A stretch of 58,324 nt of DNA, filler included, from Circinaria calcarea (taxonomy: Eukaryota): the NCBI GenBank assembly GCA_051942165.1. It is 5 parts of 5 records of this genome, joined end to end, with 100 filler letters (N's around TTAATTAATTAA, not from the genome) between each part and the next. Parts side by side here need not be neighbours in the genome. Positions count along the whole stretch, not along the records: positions 1 to 11,596 come from JAVECS010000662.1; positions 11,697 to 23,292 come from JAVECS010000663.1; 3 more parts are not named here. One strand, 5' to 3'. Both the position numbers and the translations under genes were made by a program. The notes under the pieces were generated by a model. The model worked only from the letters and a program-made list of their open reading frames with translations. It had not been told where the DNA came from and made no database searches. Every line of letters begins with the position of its first letter. The stretch's first letter is position 1. This document shows positions 1 through 13,948 of the stretch, piece after piece.

Positions 1-344
1 ACGGAGGCCGTGCAAAGTAACTCGGAGCTGTGGTAACTGGGGTCGCCTGGGCGCGTTGGACCGGACAAGATGATGGCGGCAGGAACGCAGAACGAAGCAG
101 CCCGTCCGGCTCTCGGAATTGCCTGACGGAGAAGAACAGCAGGAGTCTCCTGTTTGGCCACGTCACGATGATACCGGAGCAGGAGGCTGATGTCCTGCCC
201 TTTAAATTTCTGCCGTACACGAGAGAACTCACTATTCGTATCGGCGACAATAGTGTAAGCGCCGGCGACAGCAAAGCCGCGAGCAGCATAAACTGCCGTA
301 CCCAATGCAAACGGCGAGAACCCTTGAGGGACGGTGGGATCCAT
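1..344 (-). CDS. Possible 5' part of an unknown gene running off the contig end (MDPTVPQGFSPFALG...)
   Basis: Frame open from ATG at 344 (CCAAACATGG context) to position 1; no recognisable domain; an alternative frame is also open. Confidence 0.3.
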   Translation of the reverse strand, partial: MDPTVPQGFSPFALGTAVYAARGFAVAGAYTIVADTNSEFSRVRQKFKGQDISLLLRYHRDVAKQETPAVLLRQAIPRAGRAASFCVPAAIILSGPTRPGDPSYHSSELLCTAS

Positions 345-979
345 GTTTGGATGATCAACGATGTGGGATCTGGCCTTGCTTTGTATATTTGTAGGAAGGG
401 TGAGGAGATACAAATATAATCAGTGCGATTAACCGCGCACGCCGCACCCGCCTCATTGCCGTGCAACACGATATGTATAGCCTACGCCTTAAATACCTTC
501 ATTTGTGTGTATGTCTTGCAAGCATGTGTAACTCCATGAGTAAGTGGTTAAATGATTGAACGATTCACAGTCTACATTACTATCATTTTCCTTCAGAGGC
601 GAATACGGAGCTTTCCCTTAAAGGAATAGATGTGTTTGCAGAAAACCGTGCCAGTGGCTACTTGCTCCTTTCCCGGGATCCTTTACAATCTGGAAAATGT
701 GCTTCCGGACTCCTTCCACTCACCTAACTCTGTATCTTTACAGTCTCAAGTCCCCTGACCATATAGGCTTACCCAAAAGAAGATGCCTCTTGCGTTGCAT
801 AGTCAACATGGATATCGAGTCTTCCTTTATCAACCTCTACTCCATCTTTGTCTCTCCTCTCTTTCGTCTCATGATCATCCCGCTTACACATAACCCGGGC
901 CTTCGTTACCAACGGCTTGGCATTACTTCAACAAGGTCCCGGCCCCGGTTTGATGACTTTCCACTTGTCAATTAATTCC

Positions 980-2204
980 TTATCCCTTCCTGCGTAGACC
1001 TAGAATATCAGACAATTTTACTTCACCCTTGCCTCCCCAACCCGCCACACCATTTTGTACTTCTGGTCTCACATGGATATACCAGGACCAGGCTCGTCGG
1101 TCTAGCTCCTCCGTACTCAAGACATGCGACCATGAAGCGTACAAAAGGTCCAAGGCACGAAGTAACATGGCTAGGTTTCTTTCTTTCTCCACTGATAATT
1201 CCTTCCCGGATTTCTTCTTTGAAATAGCTTGGGTCGTGTCTGTTGATGGTCCAAGACCGGTAAAGAATGACCTAAGAATATAGGCCCTCGCAGATTGAGG
1301 GGTGTAGATGGGAAGTCCTTGAGCAGTAGTTTGACCCTGAGGTTCAGAACCAGGTAATCCATTGGATGCGCGGAGTGTTTCGAGATCAAGACCCCATAAC
1401 GCAGGCTCGGACTCGAGTTGCTGCTTGGGACCGGAATCTGCTTCCGCTTTCACGGTGCCAGCGCTCGAGGCAGCTTCATCTTTGGCGCTGCCTTGTTCGT
1501 GACTCTCGATCGCTCTGACTTCTTGTGGGTCGTAACCCCACCGCTTGAGCACCCGTATCTCTCTTCCCATCACGCGTACCTTGGGCTGCCCCTGGCCCCA
1601 CCTGTCTTCCTCGGCACTGTTCCCCTTCTCCAACCCAAGACTTACCGCTTTACTTCTACTGTTCACGCTCACAACAGCTTGGGCCAGACTCAGTCGGGAG
1701 GACAATGGTTGATTCGGCATCGTATATTTCAGGAGAGCGACAGCAAAAGCTAAGACCAGGGGTGCTCGGTTGGTATAAAGCACCACCTTGGACAGCACCT
1801 CCTCATCCTCTGTCGTCTCCGGAAGGGAAAGAGATTCTTCCATGGCAGCTGGTGTCATTGGTTCTTCCAGTGAAGTCCTCCTTTGCTTGGATGGCAAGGT
1901 GGGTGATGCATCCGATGGTCGCTTCTTTGAGAGTCTCTTTGCAGCGTTGAGTACCTGTTTGGCTAGCTTTTCATCGGCAAAGATAGCATCGATATCTTGA
2001 ACGCTGGCCTTGGCAAGGCAAGCAGGACTAGGTCACTCTTTAGCATGTAAATCAATTGATAGCATACCTGATAGTAGTATGAGCCTACCTCATCAAGGAG
2101 GCCTGCTGCAACTCCTTGATCTTTGCCATGGCTGTAGGCAAGGGTATCTTTGCATCTCGAGCCAGGAAGCGTAACAGGTCTTGAACTTCTACCTGCGTGC
2201 TCAT
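980..2204 (-). CDS. Conserved fungal hypothetical protein (2 exons; MSTQVEVQDLLRFLARDAK... to ...VKLSDILGLRRKG)
   Basis: Exon 1 from ATG 2204, GTAGGC donor near 2088, then an open frame joining ORF 980-1897; YTNRAPLVLAFAV...SSRLSLAQAVVS block recalled from a fungal family that is often IMPACT-annotated. Confidence 0.75.
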
Positions 2205-3632
2205 TATACCGTGAACGAGATATGTACGGTGATCCAAGATTAATCTTCGTATTGGAGTACTGACTTGGCATTCACATTTATGAAGAATTCATTGACATCG
2301 ATATTACCCGTTATCATATCTAAGGTGTTGCCTGGACGTTCCCCGGGTTTGGCAAGGTGCGGCGTATATACAGCCCGGCCACATCAGATCCTTTGCCATA
2401 AACCATGCAGGCTCAATACTGTTTCTTTTAACGTCTATCTATCTATTACTATCCACCACCCCATTTGTATAAATTTACTCTTGACTCGTCACGGCCAATT
2501 GGAGGGAGACTTATTTCTCCTTAGAACTCAACCGGGTCTGCTTCTCGAACAGGACGTCTACAGCAGCTTTCATAGTGTTGTTCCCTTAACACTCGCCCTA
2601 AGAGTTCCCATGTCTAGTAACTATACATTTCCTCGCCATACCATCATGATGGCGTACGTCAAAACTTCTGCCTTCCACCTGTATCCATCCTTTTCTGATT
2701 CGGTCCATTTTGAGAGGAAATTTTCATACACGAGGTTCTCGGTCCTTCTCCGGTGTTATCTATAGTAGCTATGTGCCTCTATGGTCGTTTGCTCTATTGA
2801 GTTTCCACGGTTGCATCCTTAACAGCGTCCAGAAAACCAAACTTATTGACCAACCGTTACTCAATTGAGCAGTCTGCGAAGCGTGTGCTTGAAACGATCA
2901 ATCGGAACCCTCCTGGTGCTGTCATGCTCAGCCTATTTGTGTACTTCAGGTCCTGACCCTCTCATGTATAGATAGCATATCAAGGAACAGTTAGATTTAA
3001 GGTCTCCATCTGGGATCCAACTCGATCAATTGCTGACGGAACGAAAAGCAACCATAGGTACCAATGGCCGCTGTATCGGTATTCTACACAAAGCTTTTTA
3101 GTGTAGCTCACAAAGCTCAAGGAATACAAATTCAATTTAGGATCGTAACTAGTGGTTTGGACAATTCGTGCGGCTATAGCTTCCGTTCATGTCTTCGTTT
3201 GTAAAGCTTAATAGCACCATTGCATATTCTTACCGGACGCGCAATCCAAAGGTCATGTGTTGCCACAGAAATAGAAAAAGGCCCGAGTCTCGGCTGCGAT
3301 TTTGAGTTGTTACGGAGTACTGCACCTTATCGTTCCTTCCGTGCTAGTAAACGGCCTAACCGGGAATCAAGGTCCGCACCACCTTGAATTCGACCTTTCC
3401 CCTTTCGAGCTACACCTGAAGCAATTCGCCTATCAACAATAAAATTCCGGCTTCCTCATCCTTCCCTCTCTTTCCCCCCACCAACGTCTACGGAGTATCA
3501 CCACTTGACATTTCCCAACTCCACATCATCTTCCGATTATATCGATAGCCGGTATCTTCTTCTCTCAAGAGCAAGACAATCACCCTCGAAACGCATCTCC
3601 TCTTCCATCCAATCCCATCAAGCACCCACATC

Positions 3633-4364
3633 ATGTTGTCTCTCGTCGCTCTCGTCTTCACCTCGTTGCTGGCTGGCTTTGCCGCTGCGCAATCTCCAAC
3701 GACAAACTTCAGCGACACTGATATTCAGAGAATCGTTGGCGAAACGACTCAGACTGAGCGGAGTGCGTATTTCCATGTCAAGGTCGATATCATATCCTGA
3801 TCCTCGACGCTAACACCTAGCATCTAGACTCATGGTGTACAAGCGAGATTGCCACCTGTGGTATTCTATGTGGTGGTAGAGTGGGCAGGAGAGATTGCGA
3901 TCCAGTAGGCATCCTGATGCTCTCCGTTTTTGCAATACATTGCTAACTTCAGTTACTAAAAGACTGCTCTCACGGCCAACTGCACCTGTGCATCCAACAA
4001 CAGTGCACCTGGTCTCCCCTATTACATTGGGTCCCTCACCTCCTTTATTTGCTCAAAGGCCAATGGTGATTGTGTTGCCGCGAATGCGGGTGATCGCGCG
4101 AGTCAGGAAGCCTGCAACACTACCTACGTATGCCCAACGCTTAATCCGTCGAATGCTGCGGCAGCTGAAACAACTTCGAGCTCTTCAATGGCATCTACTT
4201 CAACCCAAGCAAGCGCAACTGGATCAGGCAGCGCTACCGGCAGCGTTACCGGCAGCGCAGCAGGTGCCTCGTCAACACCAAGCTTTGCCGTCCGCATTGG
4301 GCAAGATTACGGCATGGGGATCCTGGCTGCTGGACTGATAGCTGCCTTTAAATTGCTGCTATGA
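3633..4364 (+). CDS. Secreted, probably GPI-anchored Cys-containing cell-surface protein (multi-exon)
   Basis: Signal peptide MLSLVALVFTSLLAGFAAAQS; Cys-rich core (WCTSEIATCGILCGG, NCTC, ICSKANGDC); Ser/Thr/Ala/Gly-rich stalk; hydrophobic C-terminus GMGILAAGLIAAFKLLL*; introns with CTAAC branch sites. Confidence 0.8.
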
Positions 4365-5157
4365 TAATAGGCACTGAGGATAGGTTTCAGTTTTCAAGTG
4401 GACGGATTGTTTTAATGAGCACGTTTGTGGCCACATGGAGCAGCGGCATGAGAGCGGATTGGTTTTGTCTTTTACGAATGTTCTAGGGGTTTGGCATGTT
4501 CTTATGGAGCAGGTGACTAAGAACGGTATCACGATCAGTCGTACGTTCAGACGGTAGTCTAGTAATGCTTATGCAGATGATTCTCCATGTTTGACCTTTC
4601 ACAGCTGTCCATCATTCGTGCAGTACATATATTTGATGAGCCGCGTACCACCATCCTAAGGTATCCTACGGAGAAATTGCCGCATGAACCCCAGAAACAC
4701 CACTATCTCCAATCACCCACCTACATATCTATGATAAGCTACGTGGAGTATAAATACAAGTAATCAACCTCGTGCACATGTCTAGCAAAAGAAAAGTCAG
4801 GTTTGTGCCTGTGTTTGGGCAGTCATGGCAAATTCCATCCAAAAGAGGAAGACACGCGAAGGCCGGACCCTGACGCTAGCCTGGAGCTGCAAAAGAGTAT
4901 TCATGAGAAAGCCACAACGTGCAGACGTAACCTTTCAGGCAGCTACTTGACTTTAAACAAGGACCCTCCGCATTGCCCAGATACTTCGTAAACAGCGAGT
5001 TCTAAAAGTCCAACAGCACCACTGAGCTACATCGGTTGCGACCAGTCTTGTCTTGCCAGCATACAAACTTCTTCCCAGTAAGCTCGAAGCTTCATCAAAA
5101 ACAACAGAGAAAGTGTGTACAAGACCGGCAGGATTTGGACAGGAATAGGACGTCGAG

Positions 5158-5998
5158 ATGACTATTGCGGATGAGTTCAGGTCGCGGAACTTCAGTGAGT
5201 CCTCTGCGGTTAGGTTCTGGGAGCCTTGTGAATCGTTGCTGACGGCCGGTTACTCTAGGCATTTATGGCCAATGGTGAGCCAATCTCCAGTTCTTGCGAT
5301 ATCTTTTAGCATTCCACAACATCAGGGAGTGAACCCTATGATGAGGGCTCCATGGCGTACATGAAGCTAGCAAGAGCCATCCCGACCTGGTCCCTCTCAG
5401 TAGGCTACCGGGCTTGCCTTTACGCAAAGTGCACTGCCTGTGCACCGAGAATGTCTGCCGAGTGCACCAACGATATATCTTGCAGGGACATGAAAAATCA
5501 GTTGCTCGTTGGAGTGGTGCATAGGAGCTGACAGCCGTTCCGTAGGACTGGGGTACTTGCCATAGTTCTATGCCTTGCGCTGGGCATTGCCAATTTGTTC
5601 CACGTGAATCTGGTGATTATCTTCAGCATCATATGCATGTAAGGCTTTCCGCAGTCAACATGGCATCTTTTGAGCGAACGCTGACAGTCACTTGCAGCGT
5701 CTCCGGCCTTCTACTCATCTTTGTGGAAATCCCACTCCTCCTCCGCATCTGTCCGACATCACCCAAATTCGATGAGTTTATGCGCCGCTTCACGACGAAT
5801 TACATGCGTGCCGCCATCTACGGAGTCATGAGTCTTGTGCAGTGGCTCAGTCTGATCCTCAGAGCAACGAGTTTGATTGCCGCAGCCGTTGTGTTGATGC
5901 TTGCTGGCATCTTTTACCTTATTGCGGGTCTCAAGAACCAAGACTTTGCAGGCAGCAAGACGTTAGGGGGCCAGGGACTGGCGCAGATGATAGTATAG
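5158..5998 (+). CDS. TVP18: Golgi apparatus membrane protein Tvp18 (4 exons)
   Basis: MTIADEFRSRNFS/IYGQW/TGVLAIVLCLALGIANLF.../FVEIPLLLRICPTSPKFD...SKTLGGQGLAQMIV; canonical GT-AG introns, including 5275-5545. Confidence 0.92.
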
Positions 5999-7244
5999 GG
6001 GAACTGATGAGCATTCATCAAGGCAAGACTAGTCATTGGTTGCTTTGCCTGAAGTACATCTTCAGGATCCACGATGCCTGTCGGAAAAGGTTGCAAAGTC
6101 ACAGATGGCAAAAGCTGTGAGCCGGGTGTGTGTTTTTATAGGAACACTGTATCAAGCGAAGGCGAGCGTGGTTCCGGTTCTCTACTGGTGTTAGTTGGGG
6201 AGGGCGGCGAGGTGTTCTATGTACTGGGGCTGGACAGGAGGCACCCAGGGCAGGGAACATGTCTGGATGTCTAGGTACTTGGACCAGAAGGAGTGATGTT
6301 CTCGAACCGATCTTCAAGTGCAGCGGGGAAATGGACGGTGGCTTGCCTTCTCCGCACCGCGCGAGAAGCGGGAGCTCCCACGGTGCATGTGCCCCTCTAA
6401 AGCAGCCTCCCGTCTGGCGGTGAAGCCCTTAGAGGTTAGAGGCCCACCCTTCAAGCGTCTTAACCTTGGAAAGGAACTCCAGCCCATCAATCTTACCGAT
6501 GATGGGGCACCACTCTCGAGATGTAGAGACATGCCGCCGATACCTACAGTGTAGATAAAAGTGTCCCATCGAGATCCTCCCGCGCGATGCGGTATTCGAT
6601 CCTCAATGGCCTGCCCTTTCTGCAGCCAATGAGAGGAATGACGAAAGTGCCGGGAGTTTTCCTATTCGGCGCGTGTAAATGCCAAGGCAGTCTTAAGTCT
6701 TAGCGGCGATCGCATGCTGACGAGCGTGTGGCCTGGCCTGTACCTTATTTTTAAACCTGTGTGACCTTAATCTAATAAGCTCAACGGACCCCTCCCATCC
6801 TTTGATCCTACCACTTTCGATCTTACCTTGAGCTCTTCTACCGTGAGCAACACTCAACCAGCAGCTAGCAACAGAAGGATAGTCGAGGTCGACAGGACTC
6901 TGCGTAAGTTAGCATAGCTCCGGAGTTCTTTGTTAATTGCACCGAGACATATGGTGTTCTGAAAAGGGCAAGCCTCTTGCAACATGGTCACTGCTGACGC
7001 CGGACTGCTTGCCAGGCCCTCTGTGCTGCTTGCAATCCTACACGTTCCGTGTGTTTACCAGGTAGATACTATCACCCAATTGCAATATCTATACATTCAC
7101 ACCGCTCCCGACTGCCATTTTCTCATTCAGTTTGATCCGTCACGCTTGCTGCGTTTCTAATCTTAAACTCTAACCTGCTTTGCTGCTAGCATCCCGCTCA
7201 CCAACCCGCACAAGCCCCTGCTCAAATTTCATACCATCACAGTC

Positions 7245-10200
7245 ATGGCGATTCCCCAAATACCTCCACGGCCAAGCCGTTCTCAATATCAGCATTCTCT
7301 GGCGTCAACGAGCATGGACGCTCCTAAGATACCTCCACGACCCCAAACCCATCGGCCCTCGGAGCGTTCACAGTCTCCTCACCGAGACAGCTTTGCTCCC
7401 TCGCCCCTCAACGAAGCCCCTTTGACCCCCCATCAGAGTAGCACGAGCAGCGTATATCTCAACAACGGCCGCAACACCTCAGGCTCAAGCTCCAATCTTG
7501 GGCTACCCCAACGCCCTCCGAGTGTATCCCTACCTTCTCTCGGACAAGAAGGTAATGAGTACGCGGATCTGGAACCTCAGGAGCAAGAGAACGCCGGGGA
7601 TGCAACGGAACAGAGCTCTCCGACCCAAACAAGGAATGTAGGAAGTGATCTTCCTTTACATGCGCCTACTCCTTCCTTGGCAACTTCAAGCGCGAAAGCG
7701 AGGATTGCTACCGTGACTCGGACAGACTCTTCGCAGGCTGCGGCTGCAGGCTTTGGAAAATCCGGTCTTCCGACTGTACGTGCAGACGACAAAGATCCAC
7801 ACGCCCGGGATCTTCGGTCGAAGACAAGCTTCGCGCGTAGCGGATCATCCGCGTCCACCGAACGTCCGGCTTCTGCAATTTTAGAGGGTGAACACGGCAT
7901 ACCCGAGATAGGTCAACGTGTCCCTATGCACCCTAATGCTGGAGATGTGCAGGCTCCTTCGCCATCTCCTTTTGTCCAGAGCGGTCCAACTGGAATAGGA
8001 TTTCACAACGACGGGACGCAGAAAGCTGGCAGACATCATGGCCGTACTCGTAGCGGTCGGGAGGTATTCCATGGACCGCCTGGCAGTTACGGATTGCATG
8101 GTCATGGGACTCCGAATAGTGATAAATTTGAAAAGGCTTGGTATGACAAGCACCCGGATGCATTAGCGCGGGAAGAGAGTGGGCAATATGGTCCAGGTAT
8201 TGGAGGTAGCCGCGGTGAATGGGCGCTGAGTAGTGATGATCTGAATAAGATTGTAAGACAAACGGCTACCAGGGGCGCTGGGTTTGGTAAGCACAGACTG
8301 CTTTTGGATGGCGCTGGCGAGAGGCGTCTAATATCCACTAGGTACTTCTCCGAACGTTGCTGGATTACCGAATGAACAAATTGGCTATATGGCTTCGGAA
8401 GAATATGCTTCACGTATGAATTCTCCTCGTCCGCAATCTGCTTCGTACCACAAAAAGGCTCACTCGAACCATTCACAAACACATATGGAGTCACCCCTAC
8501 GAAAGGCAAGTTTTCCTGTTGATATCTCAGGAAAGGAGAACTTTGACAAGTCGAAAGACTCGCATGCAATGGTTCGTCACCAATCCGACAACGCTTTGGA
8601 AAGCGAAACAGAAGATGATGACGTTATCCACATTGACGCCCCTGAAGTCCGTGAAAGCAAGATTGGGAGAAATGGCTACGACGCTCCGACGGAGAATCTT
8701 GGACCTCGCGGTGGCAACACTGAGGCTGAAGGCGGTTGGATCGAAGAGCGTGGATATGGCGTACCGATCCTTGCTTCTGATGAAATTGCAAAAGAACCCG
8801 GCTACGAGTATCTACAACCTGCCGTGTCGCCGGCGCAAGAACGACGTGTTGGTACCTATTACAGTGGAGTTGATTCCGATATGCCATCTTCGTATCAAAG
8901 TGGCTTCCGGCACGGAAGCCACTCTGGAAGTGCTAATAGCAGTCGACCTGGAAGTATACATGGCTCTCTTCCCGGCCTTTCAAGGTTTCTTTCTCATGAT
9001 GATCGTGAAGACATCCATACACCACTTGAGGATGTTGAGGAGTACGAGCCACTGTTTCCAGAAGATGAGAACAAAACCACCAAGCGTCTGAATAGCACAG
9101 CCGACCGGTTTAAGCAGCGACCGGATGTCAAGAGACGATTCCCAAGTCAAGATATATGGGAGGATACACCTAACAGTTTACAATTACAAGCGACCGTATC
9201 AGCTCCTGAACCAGAACCAGAGTCCCTTGTAGATCAATCTGCCAGGCTTTCTAAGACCGCGTCCGCGACATTTGAAGCTCCGGAGAGAGAAGCAGCGAGA
9301 AAAGGGGTGGTGAGCGAAGAGGATAAGGTGAAGTTGATTCCAAAAGAAGAAAGATGGGCTCAATCGAACTTTAAGCCACACCTCCGAGATGAAATGGAGA
9401 GACCTGGTTTGAAGCAGAGATTTCCGAGTAGAGATATCTGGGAAGATAGTCCTGATAGTGCGCGCCTGGAGACGACTGTCGAAGGACCCCAGAGCGATGA
9501 AATACAGAGTCCACAAGATGCAGGTCTCGAGGCCGGTGCCGTAGTGATTACGTCGGGTCGACCTGACGAAGGCAAGATTAGTGGGGAACACCCGAGAGAG
9601 GGAGCGACTGCAGGTGCCCCAGCTATGGAGAAACCATCTATCCCACCACGGCCGGTCAGGTCTAAGCATGTCGATGTTCCCCAAGAATCCGCTTCTCCGG
9701 TGCCTTTACCTATCCCCGCACGGCCTTCACAAAGGCTACACCAAGTCCCTCCGGCGGAAATTCCTCCTTCCAAAACCTTTGACAAATCCCCCCTTTCTGA
9801 GAAACCGGCATCACCAACCAAAACACGAGAAACGCCAGTATTGCCAGCGAGGTCAAAACCTCAAGTCCCGGCTCGACCAACCAAGCCAGCGGCTAGGGAT
9901 TCACCTGATGGTGGAGCCTTATCGAAGACCACATCCGCGACATCGATCGGTTCTAATGATGGTTCTAACGATGCCCCTTCTTCGGTTAATAAAAGCACAA
10001 CTTCTCAGCCACCGGCACCGAAACCTAAACCAGCCATTCCCTCTCGGTCCATTGGTGGGAAGATTGCTGCACTAAAAGCAGGGTTCTTGTCCGATCTAGA
10101 TAAGCGTCTTCAGCTCGGACCTCAAGCGCCTCCCAAACCCCAGGAGAAGGCGTTGGAGCAGGACGAAGGAGGAAAAGCGCCACTTACTGATGCGCGCAAA

Positions 10201-10809
10201 GGGCGCGCCCGAGGTCCAGCTAGGCGAAAGCCCGCTGCTTCTCCTTCTGCTGCAGAAGAGGCAAAGACTGCAATATCCAAGCTGGAACTTGTGGAACCAT
10301 GGACCGTATGGCAGATTTCATCGGAGAACAACGGGAGTCTAGAGGTGCCACATGCTACCAAGGCATCTGTCGCCGAAGCTGTCCAAGTTCCAACTTCAAC
10401 GTCAGAGCCGCATACGGTGGATGAACCGTTAGATGCACCAAGCACTTTGAACGCGCCGGATGTTACACTCGCAGAGGTGTTGGAAGCGGAGGCTCCTCCA
10501 GGCAAAGAGGATGGTCCAGAGCCAGTTGAAGATATCGTGGAGAACGATATGAGTATTCACATCAGTCCGGCAGACAGGAAAGACTCGAACCTTGGCCGTA
10601 TTCCAGCAATGTCGTCGAAAACAACCGAAACTCCTTCTGACCTGACGGGAACCGAAGTCTCGACAGGACAAAAATCTAGCACCGAGGATGCAGCAGCTGA
10701 TGACCCAGTCAAGCCAGGAGCTTCTGAGATGTTTGTAAATGAGGAGCGGAGTACCGTACCATTGGCCAATGAGTCCGGGACAACAGAGACAAAGGTAGAG
10801 AATGTCTAG
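7245..10809 (+). CDS. AIM21: Aim21-like actin capping-protein regulator (2 exons, intron ~8287-8342)
   Basis: GVPILASDE, EEYEPLFPED, repeated RFPSxDIWED and KAGFLSDLDKRL motifs, plus CPI-like motif LTDARKGRARGPARRKP; a GTAAGC...CTAAT...TAG intron joins ORFs 7245-8375 and 8389-10809 in frame. Confidence 0.85.
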
Positions 10810-11596
10810 AGAGAAGCGGATGTATGTATATATATAACTAGACTGGGATTGGTCCTCGAGTAATCATTAATAGAAGAAAATCCAGTCGTTGCCGCCCTTG
10901 TAGCTTTGGCGGGGACTTTTAAGCATAGATTGGCCGGATACAACTGTACCTACCGTACGCAAATGTAAGGGGCCCTCTACCAGAGAACCCCCCTACGAAC
11001 CCTACCATACGGGTGAACTATATATGGTACCGAGGTCACGAGGTATTTATTGGCTTATGGTAACGAGGAAAGGTTTTTCTCGCGAAGCGTTATGGTACAC
11101 GAGAATTCTTTTAGCAAATAATTCCTACGGCTATGCGCAATCAAATTGAGCACATTTATCACACAAACACAGTTTTACCGACCCCTTTGATCGTAAGATC
11201 ATTATACTATTTGTAGGGAAGGGATCCTTACAGAAGGGGGGGAGGGGAGCAGGTTTTAGTGTACCATAAGGGGCCGTACGTACCATACAGCCATTTTTAG
11301 TTTGAAAAGTTATCTAAAGCTAAGTTAAGCTAAGGTATGTGGGTAATGTGGGTAATGTGAGGGAGGGCACGAACGAGCAAATACAGTACGATGGGCTATA
11401 TGGTACGGTACGCAAGTTATGTGCGAGAAACTTAATCATCATTATAGAAGAAGAAGAAGAAGAAAAGATGCGAGTGAAAGGAGGTTTTTCACTATACGCC
11501 AAGAACGCTAACTAAACGAGGTTATCGCCACCCCCTAGAACTAAGCGTAGAGCCTAATATTTAGTTGGCTTTTTTTTTTGAATCGCATTTCGGAGG

Positions 11597-11696
11597 NNNN
11601 NNNNNNNNNNNNNNNNNNNNNNNNNNNNNNNNNNNNNNNNTTAATTAATTAANNNNNNNNNNNNNNNNNNNNNNNNNNNNNNNNNNNNNNNNNNNN
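11597..11696. other. Artificial contig linker N44-TTAATTAATTAA-N44
   Basis: 100-nt spacer whose core has stops in all six frames; identical to three other spacers. Confidence 0.98.
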
Positions 11697-12056
11697 GGTA
11701 AGTTATACCAATGATGCCATTAGAAACCCCCACCAACTACCAAATGTTCGAAAGAAGAGAAGAAAAAATAAGGGTACAGATATCGTATATAACCCCCAGA
11801 AATCTTTCGTAAAATATCTCCCAGTAACTCGATCCCAGCTGAAAAGTCCAAGACCTTTGACAGAAACACCATTGTGTCCGAATACCGCTTGTGTTCGAGA
11901 AAAAATAGAAGAAATTAAAAAAAGAATAGATGCAAGTCCAACATGACCCGAATTTACAAGCCCAAGATCCCGTTCCCATGTGTAAATAAAGCATATATGG
12001 GGGAAATTAAACACCACCCCAGAGCGAGGAATAGAAAAGAAAATATAGCCTCTCTC

Positions 12057-13948
12057 TCAAAAAACACCATTTAAACCCACATCCTTCCATCTCCCTCTCT
12101 CCCTGTGCCACCACCATCTCTTCCCGGCATGATGACTCGCATTCCACATACCCGTACATCCTTCCTTCCCGTCCCCCTCCCCTCTCCTCAAATCACCAAT
12201 GCCTGCAACCGCATCCTCGCTTCCCGCAACATCTCCCTTCAAACTATATGTAATTCGACTCCCAATCGTACCAACAAAGCCGGGAAGGTCGATGATATGC
12301 TTCACAACGCCTTCTTCGTCGACAATAACCTTGAACTGGTTTGTTTTACGGGCTTCGTCGATGCGGAACTGTGCAGCTTGGCGTGCGGCGTAGAGGGTGC
12401 GTGCAGTTGGGTTGACAGCGAGAGCCTTTTTGTGAGTGGTATTATATTTGTCGCTTGGAAGAACGGTTTGGGCGCGGGGTTTGCAGAGGGCTTGTAGCTG
12501 ACCATTGGGGTCTGATGGGGCTCGGATGGTGCGAAGGGAGGGAAAGCCTCCAGCTCGAATGGAAGCGGCGAGATTTGAGGATGCAGTGCCTTCGGGAGAG
12601 ACTATGTCCCAATGGAGAAAATTAAGGGCAGGAGAAGCAACAATAGGTTGAAGGATTAGTTCGTCGCTCGGAAGGGTAGGGGATGACTCTTGAATAAATG
12701 TGAAACGAGTGACTTGGGTGAGGTGGGCAAGAAGCCGAGAAATGGTAAGAAGGGATTTGATAGGAAGATGAATGAGCGAAAGATGTTGGATGCTTTGAGC
12801 TGCCGGTGCGGTTGCGAAGCGTGAGAGGCCACGGTCAGTTATGCCTGGGAGAGACTCCAGACGAAGGGAGTGTAGAGGCGGGAGATATTCAAGGGTCAGG
12901 TCGTTGAAGTCGTCAATGTCGAAAGATGATATGTATAAATGCCGAAGCGAGGGGAGATGCTGAAACATTTCGATGAAAACGTCATGTTCGAGAACGCCTT
13001 GGTCGTGAGAATGTAGGACGAGGGTTGCAAGAGAAGACCAGGATGAGTGATAGTGTAGGAAACTATCGACTTGTTCAACATCCATGAGACCAGGAGGTAA
13101 TTGCTTCATTGACCTTTGCGTTATGGCATCGTTTTCGCCAATAATCCAGATGTACTCTTTCAGTTTCCTCCTTGTTGACAGAGCATGGGTTAACCTATTA
13201 AACTCATGATTAAAAGTTGGATAAAAGCCGATCAGCTTCTCGAGATTAGGGCATGCCATGACGATAGAAGCGACAAGATCGGTAGCGTCTTTATCAACAC
13301 CGGTGACGTTCCCTTGCAGATTTGGAACCTTCAGTTCATGGACAAGCTGCGCTAGGACTCGCCGTTCGCGGAGAGTTCGCCTCAGGAGTTTGAGCCGCAC
13401 TCCGGCTTTCATCTTGAACTTCTTCAGCTGAGCTGGGGAATCGTGCCCTACTATATGTATTTTATCGTATCTGCAGCAAAGGTAATCAGTACCGTCACAA
13501 AGGTCCCAAACGTGATGTGGATGACTAACAGCTGAACCCGCACAGCCCTGTCCCACATCCTGCTCGTCAGGGCCAGGTTGTACAGATCTCTCAGATAGCA
13601 AGTAGCGCAGCTTTGGATGTATTGCTCCGAGTGCACGATCTTCAGTTGCTGCAGAATACACTCATATATCTCTAACGGTAAGCGCTTGAAGACCGGTGGA
13701 GGAGGCTGCAAGGAGCGGGACTTTTGTTGGGCGGAAAAGGAGGATCTCCGAGAACCCATTCGAGAACCGGTGGAGGTAGCGTTGGTCTGAGCAGTTGAAT
13801 TGACGGAGGTAGTGGAAGCAAAGCTGGCGTATGAGGAGCTGGAAGTTCGTCGAGATTCTGGGCGCGATTCGGGGTACTGGTCCTGCGGATCCCATAAAAT
13901 GGCGCTCTTGGTCGAGGATATTGACATCCTCTGCGGTCTGTAGGCCAT
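12057..13948 (-). CDS. F-box / RNI-like leucine-rich repeat protein (2 exons, intron 13471-13529)
   Basis: F-box-like FKRLPLEIYECILQQL...LRDLYNLALTSRMWDRAV; in-frame GTTAGT...CTGAT...CAG intron; LxxLxL repeats in exon 2. Confidence 0.8.
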
